Assembly: GCA_019912315.1 (NCBI GenBank)
Contig: JAIOJA010000057.1
Location: forward strand, 54,351 to 118,350
Direction: 5' to 3'
Source: Planctomycetota bacterium
GTDB lineage: Bacteria > Planctomycetota > UBA8742 > UBA2392
Length of the DNA: 64,000 bases
This document shows positions 9,412 to 19,760 of this stretch, piece after piece. Position numbers and translations under genes: made by a program. The notes beneath the pieces were generated by a model. It saw only the letters and a program-made list of their open reading frames with translations, was not told the DNA's origin and searched no databases. Position 1 is the stretch's first letter; each line of letters opens with the position of its first letter.

Positions 9412-10716
9412 ATGGCAGACAGCGACAGCAAGCGCATACCCGATGTTCACATCAACCTGAACATCCGCGGCATGAAGCCCTCGGCCACCGTCGCGATCAA
9501 TGAGCGCTCGAACGAGTTGCTGGCCGAAGGACGCAACATCTACAAGCTGGGTCTGGGGCAATCGCCTTTCCCGGTGCCTGATGCTGTTGTCAGTGAGCTC
9601 AAGGCCAACGCCTACCAGAAAGACTACCTGCCGGTGAAGGGTCTGCGCATCCTTCGAGAAGCCGTGGCGGACTATCACCGTCGCGGTGAGGGCAGTGCCG
9701 CGACCGGCGACGACGTGCTGATCGGCCCCGGCAGCAAGGAGCTCATGTTCCTGCTGCAACTGGTTTACTACGGCGACCTTGTAATCCCTACGCCGGCCTG
9801 GGTCAGCTACGCGCCGCAAGCCAAGATCATCGGGCGCAACGTGAATTTTCTGCACACCGACGCCGAACACGACTGGCTGCTGACGGCCGACCAGCTTGAC
9901 GAGCATTGCAGCGAGGACGAAGGTCGCCCGCGTGTGATCATTCTGAACTATCCCAGCAACCCCACCGGACGGACGTACACGCCGAAGCAGCTTGAAGACA
10001 TCGCAAGTGTTGCGAAGAAGCACAAGCTGGTGATCCTGAGCGACGAAATTTACGGCGAACTGCATCACGAAGGCAATCACGTCAGCATTTCGCGCTATTA
10101 CCCAAAGGGCACGATCATCAGCGCCGGACTGTCCAAGTGGTGCGGCGCCGGCGGCTGGCGCCTGGGCACGTTTACTTTCCCCCGAGAACTGCGCTGGCTG
10201 CTGGACGCCATGGCCAGTGTTGCCAGCGAAACCTACACCAGCACATCCGCACCAATCCAGTACGCGGCCGTACGGGCTTTTCGCGGCGGGACTGAAATTG
10301 AGCGCTACCTGTGGCGCTCACGCAAGGTGCTGAAGGCGCTGGGCAACTGGATCGCCGATCAACTGAATGAAGCCGCGATTCGCTGCATCAAGCCTGAAGG
10401 CGGGTTCTACTTACTGCCGGATTTCGGGCCTTTCAGAGAACTGCTATCGGAGCGCGGCATCTACACAAATGCGCAACTCACAGCAAGGTTGCTGGACGAC
10501 ACCGGCGTCGCGATCCTTCCGGGCAGCGACTTCGGACGTCCCAAAGACGAGCTTACGGCCCGCCTGGCTTACGTCGACTTTGACGGCGCCCGCGCACTCA
10601 GTGTTGTTGAGAGCAGCCCCGACGGCTTCACCATCGACGAGCATTTCCTCGACACCCACTGCCCCAACGTAGTCACCGCGACCAGGCAGATATGCGACTG
10701 GGTCAGCAAGGCGTGA
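9412..10716 (+). CDS. PLP-dependent aminotransferase, class I/II
   Basis: ATG at 9412 preceded by AAGGAG (9401-9406). Motifs NPTGRTY and the PLP-lysine region LSKWCGAGGWRLG. Confidence 0.8.
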   Translation: MADSDSKRIPDVHINLNIRGMKPSATVAINERSNELLAEGRNIYKLGLGQSPFPVPDAVVSELKANAYQKDYLPVKGLRILREAVADYHRRGEGSAATGDDVLIGPGSKELMFLLQLVYYGDLVIPTPAWVSYAPQAKIIGRNVNFLHTDAEHDWLLTADQLDEHCSEDEGRPRVIILNYPSNPTGRTYTPKQLEDIASVAKKHKLVILSDEIYGELHHEGNHVSISRYYPKGTIISAGLSKWCGAGGWRLGTFTFPRELRWLLDAMASVASETYTSTSAPIQYAAVRAFRGGTEIERYLWRSRKVLKALGNWIADQLNEAAIRCIKPEGGFYLLPDFGPFRELLSERGIYTNAQLTARLLDDTGVAILPGSDFGRPKDELTARLAYVDFDGARALSVVESSPDGFTIDEHFLDTHCPNVVTATRQICDWVSKA

Positions 10717-10751
10717 GGGCGCGCAACGTGTGCCATGTCGCGCAAGCGCTG

Positions 10752-12566
10752 CTAACCACCGCCGGTAGCCCAGGCATAAGAGACCACGCGGTGTTCGGCC
10801 CGCTTATCCGGGCCGGCAAGCCGCAGCCGGATCTCAGACATCCATTGCGGCTCGGGCTGGGAAATCCGGCTGCGCAGCGCCGCCGCCCGCGTCGACGTTT
10901 CGGGCAGCACGGCTTCCGCTGTTGCCGCCGCAAGGAGCACACTATCCGCATCGAGTAATGACGGATGTTGTTCGCAGATGTCAAGCGCCTTGGTCGACTC
11001 CACAATCGCGAGAAGAAACAGAGGATAATGCCGATCCGCGGGAATACGCGTTGGGTCACTTATCATTTCCGCAAGCACTGCCTCGATTTGTGCTTTGGGA
11101 GAGCGCAAAACGATCCGACCCAGCGCCTCAAGCAATTCTCCGTCAATTGCCGAGTGCTTCAGCCACGCTTCCAGCACCGCCAGGGCGCGGTCGGTCTTGT
11201 CGAGCCACGACAATGCGTATGCAGCCGCACGGCGCAAAGAGATCGGGTTCGTATCAATCAGGGCGAGGGATTTCATACGGTCCAGCGCCCGCGTTGTGCC
11301 GGCGATTTCCTTCATTCCCGCGCGGGTTGCTGCCCAGCAGGCGGCCGTTGTCTTGTACGTATCCGAAGAGTAAAACCAATCCGTCCACGCCGCCTCAGCG
11401 GCTTGCTTGTCCTCTATGCTGAGGAATTCGAATCCGTATGCCGAGCACGTTGCGGAGTCCCGGCGGGCCATTAGTGCTTGGGCTATCTGCTCAAGAAACT
11501 CGCTGAGCAAATCTGAAGCGGCCCAAACCGAAGCCGCCGTCATGGCGGATGGGTATTCCGTTTCCCTAACGGCTTCCGAAATGGGTAAGGCAAGCAAGGA
11601 CCGAACCTCAGTTTCGCGCCAGGCAACACGATCGGTCCGAATTTTGATGCCGCTCCAAGCTCTAATGATGCCTTTGATGGCGCCCGCCCTACGCGTATCC
11701 AATACTTTAAGCGCGGTATCCAGGGAGTCAGCAATCCGCCAGAACATCAACGCTTCGGCTAACATTGTTTCGATAACTTCATCACCGTGCGGGGTGTCGA
11801 CAGTCCATCGTACGATCAGTTCCCTCCCGCCGGTAACAGGGCATACCTCATGAAAACTCTTCATGAGGGCGTATTTAGCCGCATGGTTTACAGGCTGACC
11901 TTGCCACGCTTCGAGTTGGGAATCGATCAGCGCCAGCACTCGCTGCGCATGCTCGGCGCGATCCCTGACGCCGCCGGCCTGCGCGTCAACCGCCTTGTGG
12001 AGCACAATCGCCCCAACTTGGCCGCGAAGCCCGCCGGACATGCCGGCCTCCTCGAACCACAACATCCACTCCTCTGCGGAGAACTTGGCGCCAATGTATC
12101 GCCCCAGCGTATCCGCGTCGCCGCGCAGCAGATTGGCAAGTTGCGAATCATCCAGCCGCGCCAGCGCCGCGACAGGATTTGTCGGAACATCGCCAAAGGT
12201 TCGTTGTAAAAGTCCTTCATATGCACCATTTCCACCAAGTTGAGTGAGCAGCGCTTCGGCGAGTTGCTCGGTCCACACTAGATTCGACAACGACGGATTG
12301 TCCGGGACAGACGGGAGCCGCGGCTCGTTGTTTTCTGCTTCATGCGGAGGATGCGGCACAAATGCCGCATCCTCCGACGAATTGCTACCACCGGGTGAAT
12401 ACCGATTCGTCTCTTCGGGACCCGACTCACGCGACAGCGCATCGGTTGCCGCCGTGTCGATCAGTTGCAAATCCGGATCTCGCGAACCTTCATTCCAAAG
12501 GACTGCAATAATCGTGGCGATCACAGCCCCTGCCGCAAAACCCAAAAGTAGTGTTCGCCAACTCAT
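10752..12566 (-). CDS. membrane-anchored HEAT/armadillo-like repeat protein, hypothetical
   Basis: N-terminal TM helix LLLGFAAGAVIATIIAVLW, then a Ser/Pro/Glu-rich linker and a long alpha-helical repeat region. Same strand as, and 80 nt downstream of, the small secreted protein gene. Confidence 0.55.
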   Translation of the reverse strand: MSWRTLLLGFAAGAVIATIIAVLWNEGSRDPDLQLIDTAATDALSRESGPEETNRYSPGGSNSSEDAAFVPHPPHEAENNEPRLPSVPDNPSLSNLVWTEQLAEALLTQLGGNGAYEGLLQRTFGDVPTNPVAALARLDDSQLANLLRGDADTLGRYIGAKFSAEEWMLWFEEAGMSGGLRGQVGAIVLHKAVDAQAGGVRDRAEHAQRVLALIDSQLEAWQGQPVNHAAKYALMKSFHEVCPVTGGRELIVRWTVDTPHGDEVIETMLAEALMFWRIADSLDTALKVLDTRRAGAIKGIIRAWSGIKIRTDRVAWRETEVRSLLALPISEAVRETEYPSAMTAASVWAASDLLSEFLEQIAQALMARRDSATCSAYGFEFLSIEDKQAAEAAWTDWFYSSDTYKTTAACWAATRAGMKEIAGTTRALDRMKSLALIDTNPISLRRAAAYALSWLDKTDRALAVLEAWLKHSAIDGELLEALGRIVLRSPKAQIEAVLAEMISDPTRIPADRHYPLFLLAIVESTKALDICEQHPSLLDADSVLLAAATAEAVLPETSTRAAALRSRISQPEPQWMSEIRLRLAGPDKRAEHRVVSYAWATGGG

Positions 12567-12646
12567 GGTATCCCTTCGATGCAGTCTCTGGGTCCCCGAA
12601 CTGCCTATTTCCGCTTTTTTTTGAGAAATAGTTAGTTCCGATTTGG

Positions 12647-13219
12647 CTAACCATCAAAATGGGTGCAATGTGCGAGAAGCCCGGACTCCGCTTGGCCACG
12701 GGCTTCCTTCAGATCAATAATTGCAACGGCAATGGCGGCCAGCCGGTTGTATTTGTCCTGCAATGCATCTTTTAGCGGGCCAAGCTGCGCCTTCTGCTCG
12801 TCAGTCAATCCAGCATACCACGCGTTGTACGCTGCAAGCCAGGTATTGAAGGCAGCCGCGAATGCAGCCAATCCAGCGAGGTTGGGCGGGTTTGCCGGTG
12901 CGGCAGGAAGTGGTCCCGGTGCGCCAGCGCCCCCGATCGCGGTAATCGCATCCTCGAGAGCGGTCGCGTCAGTATCGTACTTCCCCTTGTTCGCCTTGTA
13001 TCTGGTGGTGAGGGTATCAATTGTGTCGCCTATAGTGTCTATGTAGCTGGTGTACTTTGCCTTCTGCTGATTAGGTGTAAGGTCCTCCCACGGCGTGTCT
13101 TCTTCGTACCAGTCGGGTTGTTCGTGTCCGTCTGCGTGAACTGCGTTGGACGCGAGCCCGAAGACCGCAATCGCAATACAAGCGAGCAACAGTGCAAAGT
13201 TCCTAGCTGTCGACTTCAT
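12647..13219 (-). CDS. small secreted hypothetical protein (Ala/Trp/Tyr-rich helical)
   Basis: Signal peptide MKSTARNFALLLACIAIAVFGLASNAVHA. AAGGAG-like RBS on the minus strand. 190 aa. Confidence 0.55.
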   Translation of the reverse strand: MKSTARNFALLLACIAIAVFGLASNAVHADGHEQPDWYEEDTPWEDLTPNQQKAKYTSYIDTIGDTIDTLTTRYKANKGKYDTDATALEDAITAIGGAGAPGPLPAAPANPPNLAGLAAFAAAFNTWLAAYNAWYAGLTDEQKAQLGPLKDALQDKYNRLAAIAVAIIDLKEARGQAESGLLAHCTHFDG

Positions 13220-13266
13220 AGGGATTCTCCTTATCCAAGATGAATTAGAGCATGCATGATGCCCCG

Positions 13267-13276
13267 CCCCCCCCCC
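13267..13276. repeat. homopolymeric C10 tract (G10 on the coding strand) in the promoter region of the small secreted protein gene
   Basis: cccccccccc at 13267-13276, 48 nt upstream of the start codon at 13219, adjacent to a catgcatg palindrome. Confidence 0.9.
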
Positions 13277-13380
13277 TAATCCGTCAATAGCATCTCTCTA
13301 TTGAACATCAATGCGACAACTTTGAACGACAACTCAATGGAGATCGTACATCATGCACTATCATTGGTGCGCTGATCCAT

Positions 13381-16300
13381 CTACTTGAACGGCTTGGCCA
13401 TCACGCCCGTATCATCCATGCGCACGCCCAGCTTGCCCGGCTTCAGGCGCACAGTCAGTTGCCGCACATCCTCCCATTCGGTTTCGCCGCTCGCGTTCAA
13501 CAGCAGTTCGCCCTCGGCGTTGCGCCGGGCGAGTCGGTTGCCCTTTTCATCCAGCGCAAAGCGGCGCACCTCGACCGCGTAGTCCTCGCGGTCTTTCAAC
13601 GCCTCGAGCACGTCACGCAGACTGTCTTTGCCGGTGACACGCGTGCCCTCCACACTCCAGATCACGTCGCCCGCCAACAGCCCCGTGTCCCGCCCCTGGC
13701 CGTCGTTCACTTCGGTCACTACCGCCGCCCGCTCAAAACCCGGCAGCAGGGAAGGCTCGGTCGCGGCCAGCCAGGCGGCGTAGTTCACCTTACCCTGTGC
13801 TTCTCCCACCGGGCGACCCAGACCGTCCCTGCGGCGCGGCGGGTAATAGTGGCGGACGCTTTCGCCGCCCGCTCCCTTACGATCTACGTAGCGACAGCCC
13901 TCGAACTTCAGCTCGAACTGGCTGCGGAAGCGACGTGTTTCGCTGACACGACGCAGCCGCGCGCCCAGCAGCGCGCGGTGATTCTCCACGCCACTGGGCC
14001 AGTCGAGATTCATGCGCGCGCCGAATTCCTTTTCACGCACGTAAAGCCCTGTTGTGGCAAACACCAGGTCCTTGAACTCGGCGCGCGGGATAAACAGGTC
14101 GCCAAGTTCCCAGATGCGGATCGTGTCATCCTGGGAACAGCTAAGCAGCATCTGCCCATCGGGGCTTACGTTCAGGCGTGTGACGGTCTCCGTATGTCCT
14201 TTGAGCACAGCAAGCGGCGAGTAGTCCTTCGTCTGCCAGATGCTGACCGTGCGATCTTGCGAGCTGACGAACAGCAGTGATCCGTCCGGGGCGTAGCGAA
14301 CGCTGAATGGAATCCCCTCGTGCCGGTGCAACTCACGCACGACCTTGCGCTCTGCCAGATTCCAGACGCGCACTGCACGATCGTCATAGCCCGCCGCGAG
14401 TTGCGTGCCGTCGGGGCTGAAGTCCAGCCCGTAGACAGTACCGCCGGCGCCCGGCAGGGCGTACCTGAACTCCAGTGTCCGCGCGTCGGACACAAGGATG
14501 CTGCCGTCCTGCCCGGCTGTCGCGATCGCACTCCCGTCGCGTGACACGCGCGCGGCCAGTGCCAGTTGCGCGTGCCTGCGCGTGGTGTTGACCTGGGCAA
14601 ACGTCGTCGCGTCGTGCAGACAGGCCATGCGGTACTGGACCACCCACAAATGCCGCCCATCCGGCGGCACGGAAAGGTCCATGATGTACTCGCCGTTTCG
14701 AAACGCGCCGAGTTGCTCACCGGTTGCGGCGTTCCAGACGCGCACTCCGTTGCTGCCGCCGGCGACAATGCGGTTGTCATCAAGGAAGTCGGCACAGAAG
14801 AACTGCACCAGCGGCACGCTGAACGTGCGCAGGGGGCGCAGCGTCCGGGCGTCCCACAGGATCACGCTGCCGTCCCATCCCGCGGTAACGAAGCGCCGTC
14901 CGTCGCGATCCCAGCGGGCATCCATGACGTCGGCCTTGTGCTCGCGAAGCAGGTATTCCGACTCGCGCGGCAGCCCCCACACGAACACGTTGCCGCGCAT
15001 GTCGCGCGCACAGATGCCGCGACCGTCGGGCGACACGGCGACACTTCCGATCCAGTCCGTGAAGCCGCTGAGTACGGTGCTTTCCGTCCGCGTCGCAACA
15101 TCCCAGAGCCGGATCGTGCCATCCGCCGACGTGCTGACGAGCGTGCGACTGTCCGGCGAAAACGTCACGCCAAGCACCGAACTCGTGTGGCTGTTCAGTA
15201 TGCCGAGACGCCGGAAGGTCTCCCCATCGCGCAGGATGATCTGCCCCTGCAAGGTGCTGGTAGCAATGACCTTGCCGTCGGGCGACCAGGCCGGGAACAT
15301 CTCGTTCAGGCTGGTCTGATCCAGCAGGGCACGCTGGAACTTGCCTGAGGGCACATCCCACACCCGCAGGAAAAGATCGTCCAGCCTGATGGACGTCGTC
15401 AGGATGGATTTGCCGTCCGGGCTGAAGGTCATGTACATGGCGTCGTGGTTGCCGGGGCCATCGAAGGGCGGGCGCACGGCCCGCTTGGCGATGTCGTACA
15501 AACGCAACCCCACGCCGGCGCACGCCAAGGTCAGACCGTCGGGACTGAACTCCAGCGAGTTCACCCGCTGGTTGCCCTCGCCCCCCTTGAATTCGCGCCC
15601 GCGGAACTCCCAGCGCGAGGTCAGCGCGTCGTGCTCCCAGATTTTCACGTTGCCGCTGTCATCGCTTGCGGCGAAGTACGCCCCGCCCGGCGAGAACGCG
15701 ACATCGTGAACTACCGAGTCAGAGAGTCGCAACGTTTGCGCCACTTCGCCCGTTTCGAGCGACCACATCCAGACCCGCCCGTCACTCATCCCCGCCGCGA
15801 CGTAGCGCCCATCCGGGCTGAACTTTACATCCAGAAACTGGAACAGTTCCTGCTTTGACGCGCTGTCCGGGCTGAAACGGTACAGCAGCGGCATCCGCCC
15901 CGGCGTGGAAAGCGACATTCCTCGCGCATCGGGGTGTTCATCAGATTCCAGTGACGCCGCCGCGAATGCCATCGCCGCATTCTGGTCGTTGTTTTCAAGT
16001 GCCAGGCGAATGCGCATGGCGTAGGCGTCGGCGAGGGTTTTGTCCCAACCCTCCAGGGCGCGCTGTTTTTCCGCGGCCTCGGCCTGCGCCGCCTGGGCAG
16101 CGGCTTCCGCCCGCTCTTTCTCCGTGATCGCCTCCTGCTGGGCGCTGCGCGCGTCCGCGAAAGCGATCTCGGCGTCCTTACGGGCGTCTTCGGCGCGGGC
16201 ATGCGCATCTTCGACGGCGTTCTTTTCTTCGCGCAACTGCGCGTAATGGAAGACGGCGCCGGCGATCAGCATGTAGAAGAACACCGTCGCCACGATCACC

Positions 16301-17790
16301 GCACGCTTGTGGCGGCTTACCCAGCGCCAGGCCAGCTCGCGCGCTGAATAGGAATAGCTGGCCAGCGTGCGCCCGTCCCGGAACGCCTTGATCTCGTCGG
16401 CCATCTCGCGCGCGCCCGCAAGACGGTCCCGCTTCTCCTTGGCCATGGCGCGTTCAACCAGCGCCTCCAACTCGGGCGGGCAGTCCGGCGCGACGGCAGA
16501 GAGTCGCAGAGGCTTGGCGTTCAGCACCTGCTGGATGATCAGTCCCGCGACCGGGCCCTGGTACGGTGGGCGCCCGGAAAGGACCTGGTAGAGCACAGCG
16601 CCCAGCGCGTAGACGTCGGACTGCTCATCAATTTCGTCGAGTTCGCCCCGTGCTTGCTCGGGTGACATGTAGGCCGGCGTGCCCACGATGCTGCCGTCGA
16701 GAGTCAGTTTTTCGGAGTCGCCCTCCATGACACTCTGGCTCATGTAGCGCGTGGTCTGGATCAGCTTTTCGGCGACGGTGTCTTCCTGGCCCTTGACGCG
16801 CGCCAGCCCCCAGTCAAGCACGATGGTTTCGCCGTACTCGCCGAGCATGACGTTCTCGGGCTTCAGGTCGCGGTGAATCACGCCCTTGGAATGCGCGTAG
16901 GCGATGGCGTTGCAGACATCCACGAAGCTGTCGAGCAGCTTCAGGCGCGCGGACAGCTTGCCCTTCTTGTCGAGAGTTTCGTCCTTCTCAATCTCGCGCA
17001 GGCGTACTTCCAGGTTCTGCCCGCGAACGAACTTCATTGTGTAGTAGAGACTGCCGTCGTCGTTCTTGCCGATTTCGTAGACGCTGACAATGTTCGGGTG
17101 CTCAAGCTGCCCGGTGACCTTGGCCTCGCGAAGAAAGCGTTCCGTCAGTCCGCGCGAGTCCTCTGTGGCCGCGGGCGTTGAGGCTCCTCGGGTTCGAGAT
17201 GGCAGCAACTCCTTCAGCGCGACTTCCCGGCCGATGACGTTGTCGCGCGCCAGCAGAATGCGTCCCATGCCGCCGCGGGCATGTTCTTTTTCGATGTCGT
17301 AACGCTCAGAGCGCGCGACCGCCCGCAAGATCTGCGAACTGGGTTTTCTGGTGGTGACCTTGTCCTGCGGGCGGACAGTCGGATGCCCGGTTTCCGTGCC
17401 CTCGTGCTCCGAGGCATCGATCACCGGCAGGTCCTCAAGGTCCATGTCACGCACCAGACGCGTGGGGCTGATCGACAGCAGGGTGTCCTTCACGGCCAGG
17501 TCGTCCGGCTTCATGCTGCGTATCTGGCTGAGCGTGCGGACTGTAGTTTCATCCAGGCCCAGGTCGGCAAGGTCGCCGCCCTCGTCAAGGCGTTCAGCGA
17601 TCACATCCACCAGGCTGGGACTCATGGCGACGGTGCCTGCGTCAAATTCGTCAGCTGCGGATTCGACACGGCTGATGGCGGCCGAGTCGAACTCGCCGGA
17701 TGCAAGAATCTCCGCCGCCCTGTCAGCGGTCAGCACCCCCTGTCGGACGGCCAGCACGGCCGCAACGAGACTTTTGTTCACTTGGCTCAT
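13381..17790 (-). CDS. transmembrane Ser/Thr protein kinase with coiled coil, ~14 WD40 repeats and C-terminal PDZ domain
   Basis: Kinase catalytic motifs HRDLKPENVML, DWGLAR, GTPAYMSPE. One TM helix after the kinase domain, then an Ala/Glu-rich coiled coil. Repeated WD-like blocks (..SPDG..LASGS.DGTIRLWD..). PDZ-like C-terminus GLLAGDVIWSVEGTRVTG. 1469 aa. Confidence 0.85.
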   Translation of the reverse strand: MSQVNKSLVAAVLAVRQGVLTADRAAEILASGEFDSAAISRVESAADEFDAGTVAMSPSLVDVIAERLDEGGDLADLGLDETTVRTLSQIRSMKPDDLAVKDTLLSISPTRLVRDMDLEDLPVIDASEHEGTETGHPTVRPQDKVTTRKPSSQILRAVARSERYDIEKEHARGGMGRILLARDNVIGREVALKELLPSRTRGASTPAATEDSRGLTERFLREAKVTGQLEHPNIVSVYEIGKNDDGSLYYTMKFVRGQNLEVRLREIEKDETLDKKGKLSARLKLLDSFVDVCNAIAYAHSKGVIHRDLKPENVMLGEYGETIVLDWGLARVKGQEDTVAEKLIQTTRYMSQSVMEGDSEKLTLDGSIVGTPAYMSPEQARGELDEIDEQSDVYALGAVLYQVLSGRPPYQGPVAGLIIQQVLNAKPLRLSAVAPDCPPELEALVERAMAKEKRDRLAGAREMADEIKAFRDGRTLASYSYSARELAWRWVSRHKRAVIVATVFFYMLIAGAVFHYAQLREEKNAVEDAHARAEDARKDAEIAFADARSAQQEAITEKERAEAAAQAAQAEAAEKQRALEGWDKTLADAYAMRIRLALENNDQNAAMAFAAASLESDEHPDARGMSLSTPGRMPLLYRFSPDSASKQELFQFLDVKFSPDGRYVAAGMSDGRVWMWSLETGEVAQTLRLSDSVVHDVAFSPGGAYFAASDDSGNVKIWEHDALTSRWEFRGREFKGGEGNQRVNSLEFSPDGLTLACAGVGLRLYDIAKRAVRPPFDGPGNHDAMYMTFSPDGKSILTTSIRLDDLFLRVWDVPSGKFQRALLDQTSLNEMFPAWSPDGKVIATSTLQGQIILRDGETFRRLGILNSHTSSVLGVTFSPDSRTLVSTSADGTIRLWDVATRTESTVLSGFTDWIGSVAVSPDGRGICARDMRGNVFVWGLPRESEYLLREHKADVMDARWDRDGRRFVTAGWDGSVILWDARTLRPLRTFSVPLVQFFCADFLDDNRIVAGGSNGVRVWNAATGEQLGAFRNGEYIMDLSVPPDGRHLWVVQYRMACLHDATTFAQVNTTRRHAQLALAARVSRDGSAIATAGQDGSILVSDARTLEFRYALPGAGGTVYGLDFSPDGTQLAAGYDDRAVRVWNLAERKVVRELHRHEGIPFSVRYAPDGSLLFVSSQDRTVSIWQTKDYSPLAVLKGHTETVTRLNVSPDGQMLLSCSQDDTIRIWELGDLFIPRAEFKDLVFATTGLYVREKEFGARMNLDWPSGVENHRALLGARLRRVSETRRFRSQFELKFEGCRYVDRKGAGGESVRHYYPPRRRDGLGRPVGEAQGKVNYAAWLAATEPSLLPGFERAAVVTEVNDGQGRDTGLLAGDVIWSVEGTRVTGKDSLRDVLEALKDREDYAVEVRRFALDEKGNRLARRNAEGELLLNASGETEWEDVRQLTVRLKPGKLGVRMDDTGVMAKPFK

Positions 17791-17923
17791 GGCGATGCAG
17801 CCCTTTTACGGGGCGGTTCGGGAGGCGCCAGCGGGTGTTGGCGGAGTGTGGTTAACATTTCCTTTACTTTCGCTTAATTCGAGCCAATCGCCTGCTATTG
17901 TCGCGCCGGTCTTGGAGACCCGG

Positions 17924-19708
17924 ATGTCAGCCGGCGATTGGTTCACACTCGTATACACGGTTCTCGGCGGGCTGGGCATCTTCCTGTTCGGGATGAAGCT
18001 GCTCAGCGAATCGCTGCAGGCCCTTGCCAGCGATTTCATCCGCACGCTGATCGGCTGGCTCACCAACAACCGCGTCATCGCCATGGGCGTCGGCGTACTG
18101 CTGACCGTGATCGTGCAAAGCAGTACGGTCACCACGGTGATGCTTGTCGGCTTCATCAACGCGGGGTTGATGTCTCTGACGCAGGCCGTGGGTGTCATCC
18201 TTGGCGCCAACATCGGCACTACAATTACAGGCTGGATTATCGCCGTGAAGATCGGCAAGTACGGGCTGCTGCTGGTCGGTGGCGGTTTTGTGCCGTTCTT
18301 TTTCGGCAAGTCCGTCAAATGGAAGAACCTTGGCAAGGTGCTGATCGCGCTTGGCATGATTTTCATCGGGCTTGAGTTCATGTCCGGCGGCTTCAAGCCC
18401 CTTTCCAAGACGGACGACTTCCAGAGCATGCTGGGCTACTTCGCTGCCGACAACATGTTCTCCGTGCTTGCCTGCATCGTGATCGGCTGCCTGCTTACCT
18501 TCATTGTCCAGAGTAGCAGTGCGATGCTCGCCATCACGATGTCACTGGCGGCGGCCGGACAGATCGATTACCCGACCGCGGCGGCCCTTGTGCTGGGCGA
18601 AAACATCGGGACTACGATTACCATGCACCTGGCGGCGATGGGCGGAACCATCGACGCCAAACGGGCCAGCTACGCCCACATCATGTTCAACGTGATCGGC
18701 GTGTCGATCATGTTCATTATCTTCCAGCCCTACGTCGTGTTCGTCAGCGACCTGGTGGAGAATTTGCCTGGGCCGATTTCCTCACTGTTCAAAACAAGCG
18801 GTGAGATCGCGGTCGACGACCCGCTGATTCTGATGAAGATCGCGGCGGGTCACAGCATCTTCAACATAAGCAACAACCTGTTCTTCCTGCCGCTTCTGCC
18901 GCTGCTGGTGAAGGTCGTGACCTGGATGAAGCCGGACAAAGGCAAGAAGAGCAAAAAGCGCCTCAAACTGTCCGGCGACCTGGCCAAGATTTCGCCCGAG
19001 CTTGCACTCGAAGAGGCGGAGGGCGAGTTGCGCATTATGCGCAATGTTACGCTGAGCGCATGGGACGAATCCGTCAAGTACATTCACCTGGAGGCGGACA
19101 ACCAGACGTTGTTCCAGCACATCGACCACCTGGAGCACGTGACAGACAACATCCAGATGGAAATGACCCTGTTCATTACGGAAGTCATGCAGCTGGCCAT
19201 GACGGCCGAAGGCGCGAAGCGCGGGTATTCGCTGATTCGCCTGTCAGACGAATTCGAGAGCATTGTTGACTATTGCCAGAGCCTCACCAAGTACAGACAG
19301 CGCATGTTCCGCGACAACCTGAAGTTCACGGAAGCCGCCAACAAGGACCTGGTTGACCTGATGACCATGACCAACGAGTTCTTGCGGGAGTCATCGGAGT
19401 ACATCATTGAAAACCTGGAAGCAGAGATGGCAGATGAAGGCGTGCGGGCGCTGATTCGCAAATCTGACGCCATCGGCGACCGCGCGGACAAGGTGCGCGA
19501 CGCCCACCTTCTGCGGGTAAAGGAGGGGCAGTGCGATGCTCTTTCCGGCCTGATATTCAGCGACATGATTGTCGCCCTGCGGCGTATCAAGAACCACACA
19601 GTGAACCTGATCGACGCTCGTGTCGGGCGCTGGGAAGAGCGCCGCGATGCACTACGCAACCTTGAGCGCGAGTCCAGCGAAAGCACGCGGCTCGGCGCAA
19701 CGGTGTAA
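17924..19708 (+). CDS. Na/Pi cotransporter family protein with C-terminal PhoU-like domain
   Basis: ATG at 17924, in frame within the longer GTG-started ORF. N-terminus DWFTLVYTVLGGLGIFLFGMKLLSESLQ matches the NptA family. Duplicated Na/Pi cotransporter repeats and a helical PhoU-like tail. Confidence 0.8.
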   Translation: MSAGDWFTLVYTVLGGLGIFLFGMKLLSESLQALASDFIRTLIGWLTNNRVIAMGVGVLLTVIVQSSTVTTVMLVGFINAGLMSLTQAVGVILGANIGTTITGWIIAVKIGKYGLLLVGGGFVPFFFGKSVKWKNLGKVLIALGMIFIGLEFMSGGFKPLSKTDDFQSMLGYFAADNMFSVLACIVIGCLLTFIVQSSSAMLAITMSLAAAGQIDYPTAAALVLGENIGTTITMHLAAMGGTIDAKRASYAHIMFNVIGVSIMFIIFQPYVVFVSDLVENLPGPISSLFKTSGEIAVDDPLILMKIAAGHSIFNISNNLFFLPLLPLLVKVVTWMKPDKGKKSKKRLKLSGDLAKISPELALEEAEGELRIMRNVTLSAWDESVKYIHLEADNQTLFQHIDHLEHVTDNIQMEMTLFITEVMQLAMTAEGAKRGYSLIRLSDEFESIVDYCQSLTKYRQRMFRDNLKFTEAANKDLVDLMTMTNEFLRESSEYIIENLEAEMADEGVRALIRKSDAIGDRADKVRDAHLLRVKEGQCDALSGLIFSDMIVALRRIKNHTVNLIDARVGRWEERRDALRNLERESSESTRLGATV

Positions 19709-19760
19709 TCTCCGGCAGGAACAATCTAGGCTGATTGCCGCAACCAGCCGGAGCTCCGCC

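Noticed and set aside
12490-12699. 69-aa minus-strand ORF spanning the gap between the HEAT-protein and small-secreted-protein genes
   Set aside because: It overlaps the 3' end of a real gene and the intergenic T8 tract, with no RBS or motif. Likely spurious.
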